This document shows, piece after piece, positions 14,694 through 21,948 of a DNA stretch of 32,000 bases (positions within the stretch are counted from its first letter, which is position 1; every line of letters begins with the position of its first letter). This stretch comes from Candidatus Saccharimonadota bacterium (GTDB taxonomy: Bacteria; Patescibacteriota; Saccharimonadia; Saccharimonadales; UBA4665), in assembly GCA_016700375.1 (NCBI GenBank), contig CP065016.1, positions 210,001-242,000 on the forward strand, written 5' to 3'. The translations under genes were made by a program, and so were the position numbers. The notes beneath the pieces were generated by a model that worked only from the letters and a program-made list of their open reading frames with translations, searched no databases and was not told where the DNA came from.

Positions 14694-15353
14694 ATGGATG
14701 ACCCAAAATACAGTGCCAGGACGAACGTTCACGCCGACAGAGGCGTGTTAGGCTATGGCTCGAACCCAGAAGCCCGTTTCATTCGCGACCATGCCACGCT
14801 ACGAGCCTATGTGGAAGCACTGAAGACGCTTGGAATGAAGATTGTCCTCACCTCTGGTACCTTTGACCTTATACATGTTGGTCATGCGCGGTACATGGAA
14901 CGTGCAAAATCCTACGGAGATGTCTTGATTGTCGGCGTCGACTCAGACGCAAAGGTAAAAAAACGCAAAGGACCGACCCGACCGATTGTCCCAGAGGAAG
15001 AGCGCGTCCAAATGCTAGCCTTTTTGCGCTCGGTCGACCTCATTACGCTCAAACACATCGATGACCCAAAGTGGAACCTAATAAAATTGGTCGAACCGGA
15101 CTGTCTTATCGTAACAGCAGAAACGTATGAAGCTGCAGAACTCCAAAAACTAGAAAAATACTGCGGCAAAGTTGTGGTTTTAGCTCCGCAAGCCACCACT
15201 TCTACCTCCGCTCAAATACGACGTATGCAAATAAGCTGGAGCGCCAACATCGTCGAGCCGCTTACAGAAGTGCTTCGGCACGACAGCCTGCCGGCGGCCT
15301 CTAAGGCTATCATAGAAAAAATTGTCCACGGTGTAAAACGAGCAAAAAAATAG
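14694..15353 (+). CDS. cytidylyl/adenylyltransferase-family protein (RfaE domain II / TagD-like)
   Basis: KIVLTSGTFDLIHVGHARYMERAKSYGDVLIVGVDSDAKVKKRKGPTRPIVPEEERVQML carries the HxGH nucleotidyltransferase signature. Confidence 0.75.
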   Translation: MDDPKYSARTNVHADRGVLGYGSNPEARFIRDHATLRAYVEALKTLGMKIVLTSGTFDLIHVGHARYMERAKSYGDVLIVGVDSDAKVKKRKGPTRPIVPEEERVQMLAFLRSVDLITLKHIDDPKWNLIKLVEPDCLIVTAETYEAAELQKLEKYCGKVVVLAPQATTSTSAQIRRMQISWSANIVEPLTEVLRHDSLPAASKAIIEKIVHGVKRAKK

Positions 15354-15354
15354 T

Positions 15355-16230
15355 ATGAACCAGCAGATAATCATTTGTTATGTTCCAGTCATTCACTCGG
15401 GGTACTTAGAGCTTTTTGATACGTACCCTCGCGCCACTATCGGTGTTTTAGGTGATACAGTGCTCAAAAAGCGGTTTGATTACCTCCGTAAAGACGTTCG
15501 TGCCTTGCGACCAGACACTGCTGCAGAAATACTATCGGGCATGAAACGGACTGCCATAGTTCTTGAAGAAAACGACCTTGTAAATGCCTTAGAAAAGTCT
15601 GAAATCATTATGCCTGACGATGATATCAGCCATATTCTAGTAGAAGAATTTCATGTAACTCAGGCTGTTTTTGCACCGGTCTTTCTGCGTTGGGACAGAA
15701 AAGCCGTGGACACAAATCAAACCGTGCAGCCCGACAGAACTATTGAGCTTCCGGCAGAAGACAAAGTCGTAACCGCGCTTTATGAAGAGGCAAGCAAAAG
15801 CACCAACTGGTGGCGCAATGTTGCCGCTGCCATTGTTGAAAACGGAGCAGTGCAGTCTGTAGCACACAATAGTTCAGTGCCGACCGAATATTCATCTGCT
15901 GTTGATGGCGACCCGCGCATAACGGCAAGTCGCGGGGCAAATATAGATACGTCCGTAGATATCCATGCCGAGGCACGGTTAATCGGTGAGGCCGCAAAAC
16001 AAGGTGAAAAACTCGCGGGCAAGTCGCTGTACGTAACCACCTTCCCATGCCCCACGTGCGCAAAGTTAATTAGTGCGAGTGGTATCAAACACTGCTACTT
16101 TGTAGACGGCTACGCAACTATAGACGGCCAATCCATTTTGAAAGCGAACGGAATTGAAATAGTGAAGATTGTGTCGCTGGCCGTTTCCTCGTCCTCGCGT
16201 CAAAAACCACGCGTATACCCGGCTAACTGA
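15355..16230 (+). CDS. dCMP (deoxycytidylate) deaminase with an extra ~140-aa N-terminal domain
   Basis: The C-terminal half has DIHAEARLI and TTFPCPTCAKLI (HAE...PCxxC zinc motifs). The N-terminal half is unassigned. Confidence 0.8.
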   Translation: MNQQIIICYVPVIHSGYLELFDTYPRATIGVLGDTVLKKRFDYLRKDVRALRPDTAAEILSGMKRTAIVLEENDLVNALEKSEIIMPDDDISHILVEEFHVTQAVFAPVFLRWDRKAVDTNQTVQPDRTIELPAEDKVVTALYEEASKSTNWWRNVAAAIVENGAVQSVAHNSSVPTEYSSAVDGDPRITASRGANIDTSVDIHAEARLIGEAAKQGEKLAGKSLYVTTFPCPTCAKLISASGIKHCYFVDGYATIDGQSILKANGIEIVKIVSLAVSSSSRQKPRVYPAN

Positions 16231-16663
16231 TTTTGAACTTCACTTTTGCGTCGGCAGGTTTGTTTTTATCTGGCACAATAATATGGGCGTGCAAGTGATT
16301 TACTGAAGCGCCGTTATGTCGCACATCACCAAAGCGCATCGCGAGACCCCCACAATTTATCTTATACTCTAAAATAGCCCAGCGCACGTGTTCAAACAAT
16401 TCTTCGCCTGCACCCGCCGGAAGCTCATCAATCGATTCGACATGCTTGCGCGCAATCGCCAGCAAATGCACCCTGGTGTGCTCATAAGGCCACTGATTTG
16501 CCGTGATAACCCAATGCTCTCCCTCTCGAAGTACGGGGGTTTTGTGGTAGGTTGGCAAATGCTCTGTGTCAAACGGACACACCCCCGCATTGGCACTGGC
16601 CTGCATGACCTTTCGTTGCTCATCGTGGCGTGCATTATCCATATTTATGAAATCTTGAGCCAT
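16223..16663 (-). CDS. HIT-family nucleotide hydrolase/transferase
   Basis: ASVNHLHAHIIVP is the histidine-triad motif. The start is set at MAQDF (16663), because the longer ORF to 16753 adds non-homologous sequence. Confidence 0.75.
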   Translation of the reverse strand: MAQDFINMDNARHDEQRKVMQASANAGVCPFDTEHLPTYHKTPVLREGEHWVITANQWPYEHTRVHLLAIARKHVESIDELPAGAGEELFEHVRWAILEYKINCGGLAMRFGDVRHNGASVNHLHAHIIVPDKNKPADAKVKFKIS

Positions 16664-16768
16664 AATTCTGTCCCCATTAACATATCTGAAAGCAATTATA
16701 CATGAGCGCAGCGAACGAGCCGACAGGCGAGCTTTAGTATAGGAGGAGAGCAAGGCTCTCCTTTACAT

Positions 16769-17752
16769 TCAAACTGCCGTTCCACCCATACGAATTGGTG
16801 GATGTGCGGTGTACTCTTCGATTGAAAAATGTTCTGTACGAAAATCTTCCAACCGCTTCACGCTTGGGTCGACCTTGAGTAGCGGGAATGGATAAGCTGG
16901 GCGGGAGAGTAGTTCATCGACCATAGCCGCGTGTTGGTCATACATGTGGGCGTTTGAGATAACGTGCACGAGCTTACGCGGCTTATAGCCTGTCACCTGC
17001 GCCACCATAATGAGTAGCAGGGCGTAGTGCACCATATTAAACGGTACGCCTATAGGCACATCACCGCTGCGCTGAAAATGCACTAAGGACATCTCACCGT
17101 TTTTGACGTCAATGTTGTAGTGCTGAAGACCGTGGCACGGCACAACAAGAACCTTTTGCTGACGGCCGGGTGCCCGCGAAATATACTGCGGAATGAAAGG
17201 CGTAACTATATGTGTGCGCAGCTCTGGCCGTGCCTTCATTTGCCCTATCATCACGCCGTACTGGTTAAACCCACCTTCTTCCAGCGTAGGAAAATCGTGA
17301 AAAGCTGCACCATACGAGCCAGGGCCGAGGTCGCCCAGCTCCAACCCGCGTTTTTTGGCTTTTGCTTCGTCCATGGTCCATGGTTTCCAGAACTTACAAC
17401 CGTAGGCCTCCAGCTCTTGTTGAGTTCGCGCTCCATTTATGAAGCCGAGGATTTCGCCGACTGATTGCCGTACCATGCCAACAAGCTCCCGGTGTGTTTC
17501 GTCCGATTGGTACGCTGCAATTGCTTCTGGTGTTGAGACCTTGGTAAGGTCACGTTCAGTGATGAGCGGGAACCCGTTTTCAAGGTCGTACTCGAGAATT
17601 GCGCCAAGCACCTCAGTAGAACCTTCGTCCATGCCAGACTGGGCAGGATTGCCAGTTTCCTTTATACGGCGCAACAGCGTTTTGTACTGTTCATCTGGCG
17701 TACGAATCTTTTTATACGCAACTGGCGAAACATGGGTAGTTATATCTGACAT
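16769..17752 (-). CDS. thyA: thymidylate synthase, ThyA type, divergent and long
   Basis: VVPCHGLQHYNI (nucleophile Cys), FQRSGDVPIGVPFNMVHYALLL (QRSxD and the PFN Asn), SNAHMYDQH. ATG 17752 is preceded by GGAGG; GTG 17764 is the ORF-track start. Confidence 0.85.
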   Translation of the reverse strand: MSDITTHVSPVAYKKIRTPDEQYKTLLRRIKETGNPAQSGMDEGSTEVLGAILEYDLENGFPLITERDLTKVSTPEAIAAYQSDETHRELVGMVRQSVGEILGFINGARTQQELEAYGCKFWKPWTMDEAKAKKRGLELGDLGPGSYGAAFHDFPTLEEGGFNQYGVMIGQMKARPELRTHIVTPFIPQYISRAPGRQQKVLVVPCHGLQHYNIDVKNGEMSLVHFQRSGDVPIGVPFNMVHYALLLIMVAQVTGYKPRKLVHVISNAHMYDQHAAMVDELLSRPAYPFPLLKVDPSVKRLEDFRTEHFSIEEYTAHPPIRMGGTAV

Positions 17753-17791
17753 CAAAACCTCCACTTAGTCTGTATTAGTATATCACCCAGT

Positions 17792-18277
17792 TTATAGTCG
17801 TTCGTAGACAACAAAATCGTATGCGTACTGGTTTTTTTCGTCGCTGAAGTGCTTTTCGCGGGAAGCTTCTCGCCAGATTGCTGGGTCAATAGCGGGGAAG
17901 TGAGCGTCACCATCTATACGGGCATGAACTTCGGTTACATACAACCGGTTGGCCAGGTGGATTGTGGCTGCGTACACCTGCGCTCCGCCAATGACAAAGA
18001 TATCGTCGCCCAGACTACGAATATCTTCGATGTTGTGAATAACCTCAACACCATGGCTAGCAAATACTGGGTCGCGTGTGAGTACCACATTGCGGCGGTT
18101 CGGCAGGGGCTTTCCCAGACGCTTCAAAATAGATTCGAATGTTGTCCGCCCCATCACCACGGTATGTCCAGAGGTGATTTCTTTGAAGTGTTTTAGGTCG
18201 GCAGGCAAATACCACGGTAAGTCATTCCGCGCGCCAATAACATTACCATCCGCCATCGCAACAACTATCGTTACCAT
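17792..18277 (-). CDS. folA: dihydrofolate reductase
   Basis: MVTIVVAMADGNVIGARNDLPWYLPADLKHFKEITSGHTVVMGRTTFESI. The start is taken at Met52 of the ORF-track ORF. TATACT lies 8 nt upstream of the ATG and there is no SD, so the mRNA may be leaderless. Confidence 0.88.
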   Translation of the reverse strand: MVTIVVAMADGNVIGARNDLPWYLPADLKHFKEITSGHTVVMGRTTFESILKRLGKPLPNRRNVVLTRDPVFASHGVEVIHNIEDIRSLGDDIFVIGGAQVYAATIHLANRLYVTEVHARIDGDAHFPAIDPAIWREASREKHFSDEKNQYAYDFVVYERL

Positions 18278-18326
18278 GCATCTAGTATAGCGAATACCCT
18301 GGCTTCCACCCACACTTTCCGCTTTA

Positions 18327-18362
18327 GTATCAATTCTGTCCCAGCTGGGACAATATTGATAC
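18327..18362. promoter_or_regulatory. 36-bp near-perfect palindrome in the folA/tmk divergent region (candidate operator)
   Basis: GTATCAAT-TC-TGTCCCAGCTGGGACA-AT-ATTGATAC, lying between the divergent starts at 18277 and 18417. TATAAT lies at 18399-18404. Confidence 0.45.
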
Positions 18363-18416
18363 TTTGGATGAGGTGTTTTACGGGGGGAGGGGGAGGTGTA
18401 TAATGAGCAGTGAATT

Positions 18417-19997
18417 ATGAGTCGTGGCAAATATATTGTACTAGAGGGCGCTCAGGGCGTTGGAAAGTCCACCATTGCCAGTATGGTTTTGCACGAGTTG
18501 CAGCAGCTTGGTATATCTGCGCGTACCATGCACGAACCGGACGGCAAGGCAGATGCTACGACCAGAGAAATACGCCGTCTTACCCAAGACCCAAAATACC
18601 CCATGAACACCCGTACTGAGGTACTGCTATACAACGCCGCTCGGAGCCAGTCGCTTGAAGCTGTTCGTGCCGCCCGTGACAGTGGCGATATTGTCATCGT
18701 GGACCGCAGCTACCTTACCACGCTTGCCGTCCAGTTTTATGGCAGAGGCGACATACAGGATTATCAGCGTCTAAATGACATCGTTTCTTTTGCAGTTGGC
18801 GATATGTGGCCGGACATGACCATTGTGCTCGATGCACCTGTGCAAATGCTGCACGAACGCGCCAAAAAACGCGGCGAAACCGAGCGCTTCGACAACCTAC
18901 CCCCTGAAACTCTTGAACGCATACGAGCCGGTTACCTCTGGGAGGCGAAGCAGCGAAACATGCCCGTAGTATATGCAACTGGTCGTGTCGATGAGGTTTT
19001 TGAGGCAGTCTGGAGGCACATTGCGGTGCTACTTGAGCTCGAGAGTACTACCGAAACTGAACCGACGTCTATTGCCGTGGTGCTTGCAAAAAGCCCGGCC
19101 GCAGCAGTTCTAAGCGCCAAACTAAACACTGAACCAAGTCGTGAACCACATACATACTACATCCCACCGAGCCTCCCCGACGATGTGCAGTGCGACTACT
19201 GTGACGATATAGAACGGATGCTTACCAATCGACGCAAACTGGTGCATAAGCTTGCGACCCATATGCGAGCGGAAAATACAGCCATGCAAGATGAGACAGT
19301 TGCAAAAAAAGCTGCGCTCAGGCTGCTAAGACCGCTCCTTCCGGTGGCGTGCGCCCGTGACGAGCTGCGAAACCTACTAAGAACAACCGAGCCCTTAGAA
19401 CTTCCCACCGACATACAAAAACGTCTGCCAAATGGATTCGCCAGCGGTACTGAACGCGTTCGACTTGTCAGCTATGCTCCTCGCAACGAGCTCGACCTAC
19501 TGCCCAGCATGCTTTACGAATCGCTCGACCTACCCATAAATGAAGTGAAAGCTACGGTGGAAAAATGGCCCTACGAGGTGAAATCACAGCTTTTTATTGA
19601 CTATGTGCGCCAGTATCCCAACGGCAAAGCGCTGGCTGGTGCAACCTATGAATGGGACTTTTTGGCCGAGTTTGGTTTGCTACAGGATTTGCCAGATGAA
19701 GTTCGCTCCCGCGTTAAGCTCCAACCTCTTACGCCGCGCTATGGTTATGACGTGCCCACCGAAATTGAGGCAGCCGGCCTGAGCGACGACTACGACGCCA
19801 TATTCGACCAAAGCCTTCAGCTCCAAAGTACTCTCCAAGCCCGTGGTTTCACCACCGAGTCTCAGTACGCCACCCTCCTCGGCCACAAACAACGCTGGAA
19901 CATCCAATTATGTTTTAAAAACCAAAAATTTTTTGACGAAAAGTGTATGAGAATAAATTCGATTACCGCAGAGAAACATCCACTATTATTTAAATAA
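18417..19997 (+). CDS. tmk: thymidylate kinase fused to a ~300-aa ThyX-like degenerate C-terminal region
   Basis: N-terminal KYIVLEGAQGVGKST P-loop, DRSYLTTLAVQF, and lid RAKKRGETERFD. The C-terminal part carries YEWDFLAEFGLLQDL..VRSRVKLQPLTPRYGYDVP, which resembles the ThyX 'RHRxxSxxxxSxRY' region, with RSR in place of RHR. Confidence 0.8.
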   Translation: MSRGKYIVLEGAQGVGKSTIASMVLHELQQLGISARTMHEPDGKADATTREIRRLTQDPKYPMNTRTEVLLYNAARSQSLEAVRAARDSGDIVIVDRSYLTTLAVQFYGRGDIQDYQRLNDIVSFAVGDMWPDMTIVLDAPVQMLHERAKKRGETERFDNLPPETLERIRAGYLWEAKQRNMPVVYATGRVDEVFEAVWRHIAVLLELESTTETEPTSIAVVLAKSPAAAVLSAKLNTEPSREPHTYYIPPSLPDDVQCDYCDDIERMLTNRRKLVHKLATHMRAENTAMQDETVAKKAALRLLRPLLPVACARDELRNLLRTTEPLELPTDIQKRLPNGFASGTERVRLVSYAPRNELDLLPSMLYESLDLPINEVKATVEKWPYEVKSQLFIDYVRQYPNGKALAGATYEWDFLAEFGLLQDLPDEVRSRVKLQPLTPRYGYDVPTEIEAAGLSDDYDAIFDQSLQLQSTLQARGFTTESQYATLLGHKQRWNIQLCFKNQKFFDEKCMRINSITAEKHPLLFK

Positions 19998-20045
19998 TTT
20001 TGATACAATATTGTTTCTTTTGCCATTACGTTTTAGGATAAATCA

Positions 20046-20912
20046 ATGAATACGCTTCCTTCCTGGTGCGCACGAGCACCAGGCATTCAGGCCTACGTGG
20101 CACGACCATTTGCAAACGAGTTACCTGAGAGACAGGCAATTCACGATGCTCTCGGAACTGGGATTGCCAAGGCGACAGACGCTTTCCTAGAAAATTGGCA
20201 GCAATCTGACCCCACTTACGTGACGCACGATTATAGCTTATCTGCGGGTTGGCTGGCGTTGAGTAATAGCCTCGTCAATGGCTATAAAAAATCACATTGG
20301 AATTTAGTTCAAACCGACACAGATTACGTACAAGCACTTGGTACTGCACTAGATGCTTATGAATCTTTCAGAGGTGCAAAAGTGCCTGCAGCTACATTTA
20401 GAAGATGGCGAATGGAGATACACGAGTTATTTATACGGGCTGTTGGAGAAGGCATACCTACTTCCGTTGCAATGTTTGCCGTTGCTCCGAAAGTTGTCGC
20501 TAGACAGTACCCAACCAAGTCAAAGTCGGAAACACTTTTAATAGCAAACAGTCTACTACCCAGTTTAGTCCGAATGGGTATACTTCAGGCACGCCTCAGT
20601 CAAGAAGGTAACGACACAAGACTGGATAGAGTTTCTGTAACAACAGAGAGAATAATTGGTAAAAGAGACTATAAAAGCCTGACCTATGTTCCAGAAGCCT
20701 TTACAATTTTATACGACCATCACAGAAAACCATATATTGCGGATAATGCTAGCAATTACGCGGGTTCAGACCTGATGGCCCCATTCAAGGGCTGTCCAGC
20801 GGTCTTGAACGCAAGCGTTACGAAAATCAATCGTCTTATTGCTCAAATTATCGTTAGTCAGGCGGCATACGCGCAAGTATTGGGGGTTGACGCCAACACT
20901 GAAAAGGGGTAG
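20046..20912 (+). CDS. hypothetical protein (288 aa)
   Basis: Long ORF in an AT-richer segment, with AGGAT upstream. No motif recognised. Confidence 0.5.
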   Translation: MNTLPSWCARAPGIQAYVARPFANELPERQAIHDALGTGIAKATDAFLENWQQSDPTYVTHDYSLSAGWLALSNSLVNGYKKSHWNLVQTDTDYVQALGTALDAYESFRGAKVPAATFRRWRMEIHELFIRAVGEGIPTSVAMFAVAPKVVARQYPTKSKSETLLIANSLLPSLVRMGILQARLSQEGNDTRLDRVSVTTERIIGKRDYKSLTYVPEAFTILYDHHRKPYIADNASNYAGSDLMAPFKGCPAVLNASVTKINRLIAQIIVSQAAYAQVLGVDANTEKG

Positions 20913-21029
20913 CATTACCGCTATGTCATCAACTATGCGAAGCCTCATTATTATTCTCGGCCTACACGGGCTGTGCTTCAGCATGGTTGAAGCCTCGAGA
21001 ACATAATCTCGCTAGCACAGTCCGAAACC

Positions 21030-21062
21030 AAATGGCTTCAACCGAAGCCATTTTTAATATTT
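21030..21062 (+). terminator. rho-independent terminator
   Basis: AAATGGCTTC-AACC-GAAGCCATTT followed by TTAATATTTTT. Confidence 0.65.
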
Positions 21063-21074
21063 TTGAGGAAAGCT

Positions 21075-21224
21075 ATGAAAGAAAAATACAGACAGGATCC
21101 AGTTGATGTCCATGCAGATGCATATGTGGGCTATCCAGGTGTGCAAGAAGCTATACGAAACACTGGTGATGATGGTGGGGTAGGATCGGTTGTTGCTCCA
21201 CATTTTTTTGAGGTGGCGGCATAA
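21075..21224 (+). CDS. hypothetical 49-aa protein, below the ORF-track size cutoff
   Basis: GAGGA lies 5 nt upstream of the ATG. Translation: MKEKYRQDPVDVHADAYVGYPGVQEAIRNTGDDGGVGSVVAPHFFEVAA. Its TAA overlaps the next ATG (TAATG). Confidence 0.4.
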   Translation: MKEKYRQDPVDVHADAYVGYPGVQEAIRNTGDDGGVGSVVAPHFFEVAA

Positions 21225-21574
21225 TGGCAAAGCGAAACTATGCAGGTCGTTACGGAACGCGGCAAGCAATTCACAATGCTCAATCAGCGATCGCTAGACA
21301 CCAACGGGCATGGGAGTTATTTGTAGATGCATCTGCACAGAGACCTAATATTGATCTATTAGATGAAAGTGAAGCAAATATGTTCTTAGCGACTACGGCT
21401 TTAGATACTATGTATCGACTAGGGCATTCACGTCGAGCTCGTGCAGCAGGCTTTTCTGAAACCGCACAAAGAAATCGAATTGGAAGAGATGTGGGATTAA
21501 CGTTCACTGGGTATATTGTCGAATCGCCAGCTGCAGCACGTAAACAATCCGCCATAGAAGGACTAGCGGCATGA
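21224..21574 (+). CDS. hypothetical protein (116 aa)
   Basis: GAGGTGG lies upstream. The stop overlaps the ridA start (ATGA). No motif recognised. Confidence 0.5.
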   Translation: MAKRNYAGRYGTRQAIHNAQSAIARHQRAWELFVDASAQRPNIDLLDESEANMFLATTALDTMYRLGHSRRARAAGFSETAQRNRIGRDVGLTFTGYIVESPAAARKQSAIEGLAA

Positions 21575-21948
21575 GTGGAAAAACATATGGGCCGTATAGT
21601 CCGTTTCGGTTGGCGAATGGTTTTGTGTATACCTCTGGGCAGGTTGGGGCAGTGAAGGGTGTAGCCGAACCGGATATTCGGTCGCAAGTTGGTCAGGCGC
21701 TCGAAAACCTTGCTGGCGTACTAGACGATGCTGGTTGCGAGCTTAGTGATGTGGTAAAAACCACGGTATTTCTGACCGACATGAAGCATTATGCAGCTAT
21801 GAACGAAGTGTACGCAGCGGTCTTCGAGAAAGCTGGTGCGGCACCAGCCAGAACATGCGTAGCTGTGGCCGAGCTACCGCGCGTCGCAAACAATCCACTT
21901 TTGGTCGAGGTTGAGGCCGTTGCACTCCTTCGGGAGTATAAAAAGTGA
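21571..21948 (+). CDS. ridA: RidA/YjgF-family reactive enamine/imine deaminase
   Basis: VKTTVFLTDMKHYAAMNEVYAAVF...PARTCVAVAELPRVANNPLLVEVEAVA. Confidence 0.9.
   Translation: MSGKTYGPYSPFRLANGFVYTSGQVGAVKGVAEPDIRSQVGQALENLAGVLDDAGCELSDVVKTTVFLTDMKHYAAMNEVYAAVFEKAGAAPARTCVAVAELPRVANNPLLVEVEAVALLREYKK

Noticed and set aside
14456-14701. 81-aa ORF (also 13052-13243 on the - strand, and the 5' part of 13140-13673)
   Set aside because: These are translations of MITE sequence (...PVSSRPPYQVRGRLRGG..., ...FPRRRESGIYFWIPAFTGMT...). The same DNA recurs at 3297-3445 in a non-coding context.
16769-17764. ThyA homologue acting as a dUMP/dCMP hydroxymethylase, implying a DNA hypermodification pathway
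   Set aside because: The uracil-specifying Asn (PFN) is retained, and the gene is operonic with DHFR. DHFR is only needed if the reaction oxidises the folate, as in true thymidylate synthesis. I kept this as a low-probability alternative to test enzymatically.
17792-18430. 212-aa DHFR with a 51-aa N-terminal extension
   Set aside because: The extension has no homology, would overlap the tmk start and the palindrome region, and canonical DHFR begins exactly at Met52 (MVTIVVAMADGNVIG).
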